Position numbers and translations under genes: made by a program. The notes beneath the pieces were generated by a model. That model had not been told where the DNA came from and ran no database searches. It saw nothing but the letters and a program-made list of their open reading frames with translations. From Eledone cirrhosa (Eukaryota): a stretch of DNA of 64,000 nucleotides. The first letter of the stretch is position 1. Each line of letters starts with the position of its first letter. Shown in pieces: positions 1 to 14,081 of this stretch. The stretch covers positions 376,030,001 through 376,094,000 of the forward strand of contig OZ024740.1 of the NCBI GenBank assembly GCA_964016885.1, in the 5' to 3' direction.

Positions 1-922
1 CCTTTGAGAAAGAGGGAAAGAGCTCCTCGTCGAAACAAAACTCCGGAAGAAAATCAAAACTTTCAGATAGGTACCGTCGGACTCTTACGCGAATTGTTAG
101 AAAGGATCACAACATTACAGCTCCCAAAATTACTGCAGAGTTTAATGACCACCTCGAGAACCCATTTTCTACAAAAACCGTTCACCGGGAGCTGCACAAA
201 GCCGGATTCCACGGGAGGGTTGCAATCAGAAAACCACTATTTTCAAAAACAAACGTTGCAAAGCGTTTAGAGTGGAGTAAAAACCTACAGAGTTGGTCCC
301 TAGAGCATTGAAAGAATGGTATTTTCTCGGACGAGTCATCATTTACCTTATTTACGTCCACCGGCCAACTATACGTATGTAGACAGCCAAAAGAAGCATT
401 TGACCCAGACTGCTTTCTTCCAACTGTTAAACATGGAGGAGGATCTGTGATCATCTGGGGGGCTATATCTTGGAAATCCGCCTTCCCAATGGTTTCCGTT
501 CAGGGCAGAATTAACAGTCAAGACTATTTAAGCATTTTATCCGATCAAATTCATCCTATGATTGCGGAACTGTTTCGGGGGGAAACGTAATCTTTCAGGA
601 TGATAATGTACCAATTCACACAGCTAAAGTTGTTACTGAATGGCACGAGGTACATTCTAGTGAAGTTGAACATCTTATCTGGCCACCGCAGTCCCCAGAT
701 CTCAATATTATTGAACATTTATGGTGCATTTTAGAAAAACAAGTAAGGAGTCGATAACCTCCACCATCATCACTATAAGAACTGGAGACTGTTTTAGCTG
801 AAGAATGGACAAACATTCCTTTGGAAACAATTCAAAATGTGTACGAGTCCATACCTCGTAGAATTCAAAATAAATTTGTTTGACATTTTAAGGTGTTTCC
901 ATTATTTTGTCCAAGCCTTGTA
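1..922 (+). mobile_element. Tc1/mariner DNA transposon, 3' part with decayed transposase (DD36E spacing) and right TIR
   Basis: Frameshifted and stop-interrupted motifs FSDES (~325-340), VKHGGGSVIIWG, FQDDN (~593-607) and WPPQSPDLNIIEHLW (~680-724). The end ggtgtttccattattttgtccaagccttg-TA (892-922) reads as a Tc1-type TIR plus TA target. Confidence 0.9.
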
Positions 923-1334
923 TATTGGTTTTCACCTGTTGTTAGAGCTCAATGTCTCCTTGAACACAGAGATTCAGTGAGATTAGGCGGCACGTCCTCT
1001 AGTTTGTGCGGTTGCTGCTACGCGCGTGGGGTTTACTCTACGAACCTGATCAAATTACCGGGTCATTACATATACATAAATGTGTATGAATTTAACAGTG
1101 CAAATAAAGCGAACGAAGAGATAGGATGGTAATTATTTCATTGCGTTTGATTTTTTCAGAGAGCTGGTTAATCTTGGTATATCAATGCATCGACAAGCGC
1201 TTGCAGCGAATCGACATGGAGGAATTTCACTACACTTCCTCTTTAAAAAACATCCCGATCCCTTCTGACAACACCTATTAACAACACCTATTCCTCACGA
1301 CCGCCTGAAACGGATTTTTAGCGTGTGGGTAGGT

Positions 1335-1505
<171 letters not shown>

Positions 1506-4500
1506 TTACAGTAATCAAAGTTCAGTTTAAGTCATTTATTTGCTTACAATTGTTTCCTCCAAACCGGGGTTTGAATTCTTCGGAGCAACTATTTACTGAT
1601 CTATAATATACTTGACCTCCTTTTCAACCCAAGAGACACATAAAATATATGCGCATATTGATCAACAGTGGGGTGACATTCATCAAATGATATAGCATGG
1701 CAATTTACATATAAAGGTTACAGGATAAAAATAAAATAAAAACAAGAGTGAAAATAAAGATAAACATGAAGCGTTGGCAGTCTATGAAGATAAAGCAAGA
1801 GGAAAGCTTAGAGTAGTCAGTGTATGAAACAATCTCCCGTGTAGCATGCACGCGTGTCTTATTTATACATGATTAGAGTGCGTCAGAATGATATTTGCAG
1901 GGTCAGGCAGTTGAAGCAGGCAATCGATCTTATTATGTAGGCTGAATTATTAAGTCATTTATTCTCATACATCTGTATGATATACAGTCTCGGATGCGGG
2001 GAAACACCAAAATATCAAAAACTTTCAACATACTATAAACCTTATTGTATCGTAGGCAAGGCCGTACCACTGTCCCTGCTCACACCACCACTCACATAAT
2101 CCATGAGACGCAATATATATAGAGAACACGCGTCTATCGTATAATTCTCGGTGGTTCAGCATATAGTCAAGCTATAAACCGTATCCAGTCGGTTCTTAAT
2201 TAATATATCATGCTGTCCAGATTCCGGAAGTGCCTGAGTGACTAAGGGGAATTAATGCGTAAGGGGAGGTAACTAGCTAGTTATCTTAGTTACATTACTA
2301 TCCTAAACTACATTAATGGTGATTCAAATACGTGCCTATCATGTGAAGTTATAACTAATATCTAGAGTATGTTACCCATTTATAGGTTAGAGAGGTGTCC
2401 ATTACGAAGTACAAGGGTGTATGTATTAGGATGATTACCATCCATTAATTAAGGGGTGTCATATCTGAACGTTCTATAAGAGGAGTCAGACTCTCAAGTT
2501 ACTGCTCCATGCAAATGTAATATAACAGTAGGACCTGGTATGGTCCCACTATTATATATGCCACCCGGTAGGCTCCGGGTCAATGCATGCCTGCATCTCC
2601 AGTAAATCTTCGGTATGGTCCGGAGATCCAATCTCTCATATAAATGCACTAGTCTGGCCATCAAGCAATAGACAACCCCCATCTCAAATATAAATCAATT
2701 ATGTATCACATCTACAAGCTAGAGTGGAGTCTATTAATAGGTACTAAAGGAGTTCACATCAAGATGATTACGTGCATAATTCATTGAACTGATCGCTTAC
2801 AGTATATATTCACATAACAATACGATTATCTATCTAATCATCAATCTATCTCTTGGTGGTAATCCATGCACAGGACTAAGCTATCGCAACCAGTACCGTG
2901 TCCCCAATTTATACTAATCTTATATTTGTGCAATGCAGAATAAGTAGTCCACGGTCGAGATATCAGTATTAGAGGTACAAGGGGGTATTCCCAGGGTAGG
3001 TGGTACTAAAATGCTGTCAGTATTATCTTTAGAGTATAGAGATGGGTGTGGATGTGAGGTGTAAGGTGTGCTACTGATGTTAATTGCTAGGGGTGGTGCC
3101 GGTTCCAGTCTGACATTATTATATATAGGGTTTAAAGTTTTGGAACGAGTGTCGGAAGCGGTGTTGGCAAATTGCGAACACTTCTGATTTGTTATTAAGG
3201 AGATTATGTTTAGAGAAGATGATAGTATGGGTATCTAGTAGACAGAGGTTACAAAATTTATCAGGTGGTTTGTACGATGTTGCACTACCTACCACTTCCC
3301 ATTTAATTGTATATATTTTATTTTTAGTTTTTAGATAGTGTATGTAGCTAGATAGTGAAGTGGAGTTGGCTAGACTGTGTTTTTTGAAAGAGTGGAGGTG
3401 CGAATTGTATCTAGTTTTGAAGCAGTTAGAAGTGGAGCCTATGTAGGTTTCAGAAGAGCTGTTAGGTTGTGACTGTACATGAGTATATGATATCCTTGGT
3501 TAAGCATTTTTTATCTAAAGGGCAGGTTGTACTTGATCTACAGTTACAATTACTCTGGATGCTAGTCTGCCGGTTACTATGCTGTGTAGAAGTTTGGATT
3601 ATGGTTATGCAGGTTGTGGTACGCAGCGTTAATGTTTACACTAGTGCTATTACTATTATTTCCATTGATATTACGGTTATTTGTTATAATGTTACTTTGA
3701 CTGTTATTTTGAATGTTATTTTGAAGGTTTATCGACCGTTGTGATTTAGTTTGTTGGAAGTAAGAATTAATTTTTCTTTTATTTGTACTAGCTATGTGGT
3801 ATGCTAAGTTAGGCGTAGTAGAGTATGAGATCTTAATAGTGTTTTTGTTTAAAAGGCCGTGGTACCTGTGGCCGGATGGGAAGTGTTTATCTAGTAGTGA
3901 GAAGAAAGCCCTAGGAAGGTTGGTAGAGACGTTTAAATTGAAAGGAGGGTTGAAAAATGTATTATTTCTTCTTCTATTTCTGTTTTTTATGTCTGGTGAT
4001 TTGTTTCCTTTAATGTTCCTATGGTCATTTCTGTGGTGCGGGTTACTCTTGTTGTTACAATCCCTATTAGTGTGTGTGCAGTTGCTATTCCTATTATTAA
4101 ATTTTCCCATGGACATGTTGTGTAAAATGATGTTGTAGCTATGTGTTTTTGTAGGTAGGAACTCTATCCCTGTATTATGGCCTGATCTAGCTAATGCCTG
4201 ATTATAATACTGCGAGTTATTGTTAAATGTGTTTATGTCATAGGATAGATTAGAGATTCTATTAGATACTCCCTTAGAGATAGAGTTCAATATAGATTTA
4301 GGGTGGTTAGACTTGGTATCTACGTAGATGAGTTTTTCATTAGGTTTGTGGAAAGGTGCATATATCATTGAGTCTAAGTAGAGTGTGGCGTCTAGGAAGT
4401 TGACGTTTTTGGTGTTTTTGTCCATGGTAATACTAAGGTTAAAGTTTTTGAATGTTTTGTGCAATAGTTTTCTAGTCCTTTCTATATTGAATTTTTTATA

Positions 4501-4753
4501 GTCTATAAGTAGAAGTGCATCGTCGCGATACAAACCACCGCTGAGGTACGGAAGTTCCCTGTGGATTAGGTTAAGTAAGTATAGGCCAACCAAATCAGTG
4601 ACCGGCGCCGAGTCACTAGACCCCATAGTAATGTCGAAGTTGTTTTGCGTATCTTTGCGGGTCCATAATTGGTCCTCAAAGGTGATTATTGTTTTACGGG
4701 CCGCAAGTATGACATCAATCTGGGGTGTAGTCAAGTCACTATTGTCCATGGCC

Positions 4754-4755
<2 letters not shown>
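1506..4755 (-). mobile_element. Penelope-like element copy 1, 5'-truncated, with a probable long 3' non-coding region
   Basis: RT and GIY-YIG coding region at 3125-4755. The 5' end stops in (TA)n at ~4757. The 3' boundary at the microsatellite near 1505 is inferred. Confidence 0.7.
3125..4755 (-). pseudogene. PLE reverse transcriptase (C-terminal half) plus Cys linker and GIY-YIG endonuclease, disrupted
   Basis: FDITMGSSDSAPVTDLVG, GGLYRDD, VNFLD, SNHPKS, FFNPPF. After the break at ~3577: CNCRSSTTCPLDKKCL, IIY...YIGST...RYNSH and CNLC. Confidence 0.9.
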
Positions 4756-4792
<37 letters not shown>

Positions 4793-5239
4793 GCAGGTGT
4801 GCGTATGTATGTGTGTGTATGTATGTATATATGTGCGTGTGTTTGTATGTATGTGTACGAATGTGTACTTGTGTGTGTGTGTGTATGTATATATATACAA
4901 AGATGCGCGTACGTGTGTGTGAGTGTGCGTATGCGCGGGTGTGTGTACGTGTGTGTGTACCTCTCTGTGTGCATGTATGCCTATATTTGTGTGACTATTT
5001 ATGTGTGTGTGTATATACATGGATATGTGTGTAAACTTCTGGGCGTACATGTGTGAACGTTAGCACACAAACTACTCTGTATGTATCTGTCCGTGTGCAG
5101 GTGTATGTGTGTGTGCGCGTGGGAGTGGGAGCTGCCAAATACAGCAGTAATTTTGCTGACGGGACAGTGGGTGAGTAACAGCTCACGCCCTGATGGTCAC
5201 CGGGCTGCTACCAGTAGTCAGTATAATGATGACGTCACT

Positions 5240-5473
5240 AACCAGTGACCAACTCAAGAAAGCGCAAAGCGGAGGAAGGTGGTCGATATAGACCCGTAGG
5301 GTCAGAAGCCCCAGAAAGAGGATATGCTCCGAAATCAATGCACGTGTCCGAGGAACCTGCGATTCCAGAATCAGGTCGATCCACACACAGATCGCACCTC
5401 GAGCTGTGCGCAGGGGAAACAATCGTAAGACACAATAAATTGAGTTCCGATGCATCACTGATTTTTCGTTTTC

Positions 5474-5478
<5 letters not shown>
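5240..5478 (+). repeat. Short interspersed repeat (solo-LTR-like or pLTR-like), related to 44057-44290
   Basis: Shares collinear blocks tccgagga, gcgatt(c/t)caga, gatcg(c/t)acctcgagctg, gaaacaat(c/t)gtaa, caataaatt and cactg with the 44 kb copy. Both copies end in (TA)n. Confidence 0.55.
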
Positions 5479-5545
<67 letters not shown>

Positions 5546-5615
5546 CATTTTGACGTTATAGTCACTTATATATTACAAAATACTGTTGGCTTCTTGCTCA
5601 CACTAATTTTTATAT

Positions 5616-5655
<40 letters not shown>

Positions 5656-5787
5656 TGAAGTTTCCGTTGAAAATTGAAAAAGTCATAGGAGTGAAGAGTG
5701 CTCTATGTAAGTACCAGACAAGATTTAATGTAAAATAAACAATACAATATAATTACCTCATCAATTATATTGTATTGTTTATTTTAC

Positions 5788-5837
<50 letters not shown>

Positions 5838-7113
5838 TTTACGATTTTGTGTGACCGCCTAAAACTAGTAAACTACCGGACCAAACTCCTCAAAATTACA
5901 TGTACATATTCACTATACACTTGGACAGGTAACCGTCGAAAGAGTTTTACTTTGCAAAGCAAGGAATTCATTTAAATTCAATTTATCTTATTTTCTAATG
6001 AATATCAAAAGAGATCATCCTTTTTGTTTTGTTTTTTATGTTCTCCAATCAGTAGATAAGAGAGTGAGAGATGTGAGGGAGAAAGAAAGAGAGTAAGAGA
6101 TGAGAGATAAAGAGAGACAGTGGGAGATGGGAGAGAGAGAGAGAGAGAGAGTGAGATGATGAGAGAGAGAAAGAAAGAGAGAAAGGGGATGAGAGAGAAA
6201 GACGATGAAAGAGAGAGAGGGGAAGCTTCCAGCGTTGTTATCTTTTATTTATTTATTATTTTTACACTTTTTAACTCTCCCGCTTCCTTAACGTTATTTA
6301 TCTTTTCTTTATTTTATGTTCTCTATTCTGTAGAGAAATGGGGGATGTGAAAGAGAAAATGAGAGAGAGAGTAATGGGATGGGCGAGAGAGAGGGAAAGT
6401 AGCTAGTGTTCATTAACTTTTATTTATTTATTATTTTTACACACTTCTTAACTCCCCCAATGTTATTTATATTTTATTTATTTTTTGTTCGCTATTCTGT
6501 AGAGGATGAGAGAGAGAAAGAAAGAGAGGAGATGAGAAAGAGAAAGGGAGTGAGGCGGATGGGGAGTGAAAGACAATAAGAAAAGAGAAAAGATGGGAGA
6601 GAGAAAAAGTAAAGAGGCAAGAGAGAGGGAGGGTGATTGGAGGGATTCTTTACCAAACGTGTGTCCGCGTTTATATATCTATTTACACACACATATGTGT
6701 GTGTTATGGGGGATGGGAGTGTTCTTTAGCAGACCATATATGTTACCATCAAAGCTTATTTTCTACATATATCTAAAGAAATCACAGATGCTTTTATAGA
6801 AGTTGTATGTATGTATATATTTAACAGACAAAAAAATGGTATTTTTAAAATATATTATTTAAATATATTATTTTCCGCTGTAATTTGAATTAACACAGAA
6901 AATATTTTTTTTGTAGTGTTTGGTGTTTTTTCGTGGGGAATGGATAAAAAAATGATAATTTCAGAATACAATCTGAAATCCCAATATTTTCTATATATGT
7001 CTAAAATTAATTACACCTAATATACATTCATATAAAGAGATCATTTAAAACCACTTTACTGAGTGAAGAATACATTCTACAGTTGTTTCTATTTCGGAAA
7101 GACTGTAGTGTGT

Positions 7114-7379
7114 AATAATAGTTTCTACTTTTGGCACAAGGCCAGCAATTATTTCAGTGCATTACTGGTACTTTATTTTATCGTTTGGTGTGTAATAATT
7201 GTTTCTACTTTAGGCACAAGGCCAGCAATAACCCAGTACATTACTGGTACTTTTTTTATCGACACCGTAAGGATGAAAGGCAAAGTTAACCTCGGCGGGA
7301 TTTTAACTCAGAATAGCAAGGGCCGTAACTCTATGCGTCAAAGCATGGCGTCCGACCCTCTACCGATACTGCCAATTCA
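7114..7379 (-). mobile_element. tRNA-derived SINE inserted in the Helitron, with a tandem partial duplication of its 3' part
   Basis: Same family as 37564-37752 and 49559-49743, with the core ctttgcctttcatcc...gtcgataaaa..agtaccagt. The 3' ~75 bp is repeated (7114-7183 vs 7194-7261). Confidence 0.85.
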
Positions 7380-7394
7380 ATAATATCACTTCAA

Positions 7395-10300
7395 ATGCCT
7401 AGGAAATGTTCCAGATCATTATATGGAAGGTCATCTTCAGAGGCTAAGAGAAAGAAAACACAGCAATCTGAAGAAAGTGAAGAAGTTCGCCATACCCGTC
7501 TAGCTGCTAACAAAGCCCAAACAGCTTTAGCACGAACACACCGTTTGGATGAAAGAGAACAAAGGACTGCTGCTACACCTGAACAACAAATTAAGGAACA
7601 ACAGCAAATCAGACGAAATGCTAATCAAGCACATCGTTCTACTGCCGGAGCAGGAAAACAGCCCCAAGCAAAATGAACTGGCTGATGGGTGCTTTTTCTT
7701 ATGACCCCCAAAAGGACTACAGCAGTAATCCACAAATCAACATTGGGAAAATGAACAAATACTGCCAGTAGTGTGGTGCCAAGTGGTGGGCAGCAGAAAC
7801 ACCAAGCCCATGCTGCTCAAAAGGCAAAGTGATCCTTAAAACAATACAAGAACCTCCTGAATTTCTGAAGAATCTGCTCCTTCAGCATACACCAGAAGCA
7901 CGACACTTCAATAAATACATCATAAAATATAATTCTGCCATTCAAATTACCACTTTTCGGGCTGACAGGAATGTGACTGACTTTAGATTCTGTACAACTT
8001 ATAAAATTCAGGGACAGTGGTACCACTTAATGGGTGGCCTTCTGCCACTTTCACAGGAGCCTCACAAATTTGTGCTGGTTTACTTCATGGGTGGAAATGA
8101 AACACAAGAACAACAAAGATGTACCCATGTCCATGGTGAATTGCAGTGCTACATAGTCATACATTTACAAGAAATGCTTCACCAACATCACATGTACGTC
8201 AGTGTATTTAAATATGGACTGGATCATATGAACAACACCAGAGATCCTATAATCATCATTACGGCAGACAAACGCCCAGCTTCAGAACATGAACGCAGAT
8301 GATGAAGTTGCAATCATAATCGTAGATGAACAGCATGAACGACATTTTTTTGCAAAGCAAAGTGGACATTTGCAGCAAATTTGTGAAACTCATAGAGCCT
8401 ATGATTCACTCCAATATCCGCTCATCTTTTGGAATGGTCAAGATGGATATCATTTTCAGCTATGGCAGATCAGCCCAGGAATGGGACAAGAGACTGGCCG
8501 ATCAATCAGCTGCAAAGTATTCTATGCTTATCATTTCATGGTACGGGATCACTTCAACCAAGTTCTGCGATTCAAATAAGTAACCAGCATGAACGTACGC
8601 AAGATGCAATAGCCTACGTCAGAAAATTTGGTCGGCCAGTACTCTTCATTACATTTACATGCAATTCAAACTGTTCAGAAATATCAAATGAATTATTTCA
8701 AAATCAAAATCCAAAGGAACGACATGACCTCATTGCTCTGGTTTTCCATGAAAGGCAAAAAAAACTCATCTGGCACCTGAAAGAAGGAATAATCTTTGAG
8801 CTAAGTGCTTGGATGATCACTATTGAGTGGCAGAAGAGAGGTCTTCCTCACTCTCACACACTAATCTGGTGCAAGGAGAAAATAAGACCAGATGATGTTA
8901 ATAAGATCATTTCAGCAAAGTTGCCTGATAAAGGTGGTGATCCATAGCTCTTTAAAACCATCAAGTCCAAACTCAATCATGGTCCATGTGGAGTCATCAA
9001 TCGAGCCTTTCCCTGCATGAAAGATCAAAAATGCATCAAACATTATCCTAGAGCTTTTATTCGGGAAACTCGGACTGACAATAATGGATACCCCCTTTAT
9101 CGTAGGCGTAGACCAGGACATGGAGGCACTACTGCAAGCCTAACAGTTCGAGGAGAGGAGCTGACCATAAACAATCAGTTGGTCGTCCCACACAACAAAT
9201 TGTTGTGTAAACCTTTACAAGCTCATATAAATGTTGAGTATTGCAGCTCAGTCAAGGCAATCCTATATGTCACAAAATATATCAACAAGGGCAGTGACAT
9301 GGCTACCTTTATTAATGACAAAAACTCAATGATGGTGGGCTGGGTGAGGTCAAACGGTATCAAACAAGTCAATACATCTCCAGCAATGAAGCTATCTGTC
9401 GAACCGTTGGATTATATATCCACCAACGCCAGCCAACAGTGGTCAACCTCACAGTCCATCTGGAAAATAGACAGAGAGTGTACTTCACTGAGATCACTGC
9501 TCATCAGTTGGCACAAGCATCACATGACACTACACTAACTGCTTTCTTTAAACTCTGCCAGAACCATGCATTTGCTCGATCCGTCCTATATGCTGAAGTC
9601 CCAACATACTACACCTGGACCAATTTCAAGACCTGGAATTGAAGAAAGGAGGGTCATTTAGTGGAAGGTCATGAAGTCATGTCAAGTGATGCTATTGGGC
9701 GTGTTGACAATGTCCATCCCAACAACAGAGAATGTTTTTCTTTACAGCCACTTCTGCATACTGTTCGAGGACCAACGTCATTTGAGGATCTTAGGTGCTT
9801 CAAAGGAAGGGAGTGCGCAACATACCAAGAACCATGTAAACAGCAATCACTCAAATAGCCAGTCAAATAAGACAAGTATTTGCTATTAAGCTCACAGCAT
9901 GTGGAAATGATGAAGCTCATCTACTCTGGCAGGGGTACAAAAACAATATGTCGGACGACTATCTACACCTAGCCTGAAGACATCATGGCAATATGTATAT
10001 GGAATATACCCCCAGGATGTACAATCAAGCTCTCTGAGACCTGTCCCATCGAGTTCAGGCAATGAATAACACATTAGCTAACTGCAGGATGCCAGAGACA
10101 GATGAAGAAATGGAGGTAGCACAAGACATTTTTCATGAGACAAACTAAGATATTCAAGCATTGCGTAAGTTTGTGGATGAAAATGAACCTCGATTGATGG
10201 ATAACCAGAAATACGCTTACAACATCATCGAAAACATTCAAAATGACTGGGGAGTACTTTTCTTCATCGATGCTCCTGCTGGCACAGGCAAGACATTCCT

Positions 10301-11545
10301 CAAACCTCCTGCTAGCAAACGTTCGCCAAACACAACATATTGCCCATGCTGTGGCTTCAAGCGGAATTGCAGCAACACTTCTGGATGGAGGAGGAACTGC
10401 GCACTTCATGTTTAAGCTGCCCATAGATCTCACACGGCTTGAACAATCTTTTTACAACATCAAGAAGAACTCACCCAAGGGCAAGCTTCTGAAAACATGC
10501 AAGATGATAATTTGGGATGAAGCTACTATGAGCCATAAGGGAGAAATTGAAGCTTTGGACCGGACGATAAGGGATCTGAGAGAAAATAGTTGCATAATGG
10601 GAGGAGTGACAATGGTTCTTGCTGGTGATTTCAGACAAACTCTGTCTGTAATTCTTCGAGGGACTCGAGCTTATCAGGTCAATGCCTGTCTGAAAACATC
10701 CCATCTCTGGCCTAACTTTCAGCTGCTGAGCCTTACAACCAACATGCGAGTGCACTTAACTGGTGACGAATGTGTCAGTGAGTTTGCCATCCAACTACTT
10801 AGATTGGGAAATTGACTTCTTGAAAAGGACTCCAATGACCATATTCAGTTGTCATTTGGCCATATCATTGACACAGAACAAGAATTGATTGCCAGAGTGT
10901 CCCAAACATTCAGACCAGGCAATGTGTTCTGAAATGGCTCTGTGAACGAGCAATCTTAGCACCTAGAAATGTTGCTGTGAAAGAAATCAATAGAAGCCTG
11001 TTGGATATGTTACCGGGAGAGAAAATATGCTACAAATCAGTTGACCTAATCACTTCTCAAGAGCAGGTTGTAAACTATCCAACTGAAATTGTTAACAGTC
11101 TTGAACGAGTGGGAATTCCTGCACACAATCTGATACTGAAGCATCGCAGCATCAGTCATGCTACTTCGCAATCTGGATCCTCCAAATCTTTGTAATGGCA
11201 CAAGACTCATCATCATAAATATGATGTCCAATGTTCTAGAAGTTGCAATCATATCAGGAAACTTTGCTGGTGACAATTGTTTCATTCCCAGAATACCTCT
11301 GAAGCCAACTGATATGCCATTTGAATTTCAAAGACTTCAATTTCCGATCAGGCTCAGTTTTGCCATGACCATTAATAAATCTCAAGGGCAATCATTGAAA
11401 GTCGTTGGGTTGAATCTGGCAGATCCTGTCTTTTCACACGGTCAACTCGTTGTTGGCACAACAAGGGTTGGGAACACAGATTGTGGTACCACAGGGCAAA
11501 ACCAAGAATGTTGTTTATCCAGAGGCTTTGGAATGAGCAATATAT
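7395..11545 (+). pseudogene. Helitron Rep/PIF1-like helicase (RepHel), many frameshifts and stops
   Basis: YKIQGQWYH, YDSLQYPL, VRKFGRPVLFITFTCN, HUH motif IEWQKRGLPHSH, AHINVEYC...YVTKY, Walker A DAPAGTGKTF, IIWDEATM, LAGDFRQ, LCNGTRL, QFPIRLSFAMTINKSQGQS. Confidence 0.95.
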
Positions 11546-12729
11546 TAATACCTCATTCAATGACAATACACACAGATTCTAATTCCTTAGTCATGTAGTT
11601 TGCAAGGAATTCTGAAGCCGCAAATTTACTGCATGGTGTTACTTTGGAAGAATATGCAGACATTCCGGGTACCTCTGCTATATACATAAGTGAGGACTTT
11701 GTTGGACTTTGTATAAATAACAGCCAAATTTCATTCAAATCCCACCTTACATTCTTAGTAAGAAGCAAAAAGGAATGGATATATGTGATAACTCGATCTA
11801 CTAGAAATATTAGCAAAATCCATTTCAATTCACAAACAACTGTCTTATACACGGAGATGTGTGTGTATGTATCTATGTATTGCATGTGAGCCACTATAAC
11901 TGTTGCTATAGCTAATAGAAATAGGAAAATAATCTCCCTCAAACAAGCTCCTACTGATATAGAGGCAAAGATTGGTGAAAGCTGCAGTGTACAAATTTAA
12001 ATACACTTTCCCCGAATTACATAAATGATTAAGTAAATGCTTCATTCAAACATAAACCAATGCTAAATTTTTTTTATTTTTTATTTATGGTTTTTTAAAT
12101 AGTCTTTACATGTTTGAATTTCAGACGTTCAGATTGAGCGAAAAAAAAAAAAAAAAAAAGGATAAATAAAAAAATCTAAATGTATATTTTTTGTTATGCC
12201 CTGACAACATACCTAATGATTCATCTATGAGTAAAGCATTATATATGCTGACTGTAATAGGGAGCAATATTTAAAAAATCACCACTGGAAAAAACAAATA
12301 TTTTCATCTAGATGATTTACTTTGACCAAACGGCAATAAATATTCTGCTATAATTCCTACTTTGGTTAAAATTCAACAATCATATTTCAATTGTCAAATA
12401 TTTTGTAATGTGTGCCAAATATATTGTAACTTTCATAAAATACACGGGTATCACCAGGTAGCTCAGCTAGTATATATATATAAAGATATGATTTCTACCG
12501 GAAACCCTTTCATTAGCATATTTCTAACTGAATTCTACTATAACCACAAGAACTGTTTCATTTACTTGAAATTTGAGAGGGCTACTGGGGGAGGGAGTGA
12601 ATTGATAAAAGCGTGGCGAGTTGGCAGTAGGACATAGCGTAGAAGACAAAATAAAACATACATACACACATACATACAAACATACATACATACATACATA
12701 CATACATACATACATACATACATACATAC

Positions 12730-13280
12730 ATGGTGGCTGCCAACTCGTTTTCGAGTACGGCCACTACTTTATATCCATGTAGGAGAACCCCTACCGATGC
12801 GCTGAACGAGTGTGACTTTTTAGTCCAGCCAGCGACTTGAAAACTCTGGTACAAACACTACACTTGTGACAATTACTGACACATAGTGCTGGGCCCATGG
12901 TACCATGTGACGACAAGTGCAGAGAGATCTCCAGATATAAAGCAATGCCTGTGCCGTGAAGCTTTTATAGTGAGCAAAGGCACTGCACAAAGCCAGTCCC
13001 ACTCTCTTAACCAAGATGATATTTACCAAAAAGAAGAACAAGTCAACATCATTGGATACCATCAGGGTTGCAGGTGTTATATCAGAGTTTTCCTTCTCCT
13101 AGAATTCTGCCTTGACAAAGGCTAAGGGGTCATCTCTCCCGGTGATTTTGGATGGCCATTGACTCTTAAGAGCTCCTTTGCCCTTTGACAGGTTTTGTTT
13201 TTAGTCCTGCAGGATGTCCAAAGTCACCCTCCTCACCAAGAAACCTTGGTGGGGTTGCCAGTTTAGTCGCCAACGACCCG
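12730..13280 (-). mobile_element. Non-autonomous RTE-derived element, copy A (partial 5'UTR joined to the 3' end; (ATGT)n tail)
   Basis: The minus strand has the RTE-like 5'UTR motif ctaggagaaggaaaactctga, then a C-terminal C2H2-like CSVCTRVFKSLAGLKSHTRSAH-R-stop, a 3' hairpin and an (ATGT)n tail. Confidence 0.7.
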
Positions 13281-14081
13281 ACATACATACATATACATAT
13301 ACATACATATATATACATATACACACATATACATACATATACATACACATACATACATACATATATATATATATATACACACACACATATACATATACAC
13401 GCATATACATACATATACATACACATATATACACATACATACACATATATACATATACATACCCATATATACATATACATACCCATACATACACATACAT
13501 ATATATATATACACATACACACACATATACATACACATACATATATATACATATACATATACATACACATACATATACATACATATATATACATATACAT
13601 ATATATATACATATACATACACACACATATACACACATATATATACACATACATATACACACATATACACATATATATACATATACATACACATATACAT
13701 ATATACACATATACACACATATACACACATATATATATATACACATATACACACATATACATATATATACACATATACATACATACACATACATACATAT
13801 ATACACACATATACATATATATACACATACACATATATATATACATATACACATATACATACATATACATATATATATACATATACCCATATACACATAC
13901 ATACATACATACATATACATACACATATACACATATATATACATATACACACATACATATACATATATACATACACATATACATATACATACATACATAT
14001 ACACACACATACATATACATATATATATACATACACACATACATACATATACACACATATATATATATATACATATATATA

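Larger units (their letters stand above)
5826..12470 (+). mobile_element. Helitron, roughly full length, decayed
   Basis: 5' end (tatatataagtttacgattttgtgtgaccgcctaaaactagtaaactaccggacc) resembles animal Helitron starts. The 3' end is a degenerate GC hairpin (cacgggtatcaccagg) followed by CTAG at 12467-12470 and T. The Rep-helicase lies between. Confidence 0.75.

Noticed and set aside
1610-1700. TTGATGA...GAAA on the minus strand near the end of PLE copy 1
   Set aside because: Stems I-III could not be paired convincingly.
5225-5256. ATGATGA-c-gtcact-aacc-agtgac-CAAC, hammerhead-like
   Set aside because: Good hairpin, but C3 and GAAA are both missing and there is no stem I.
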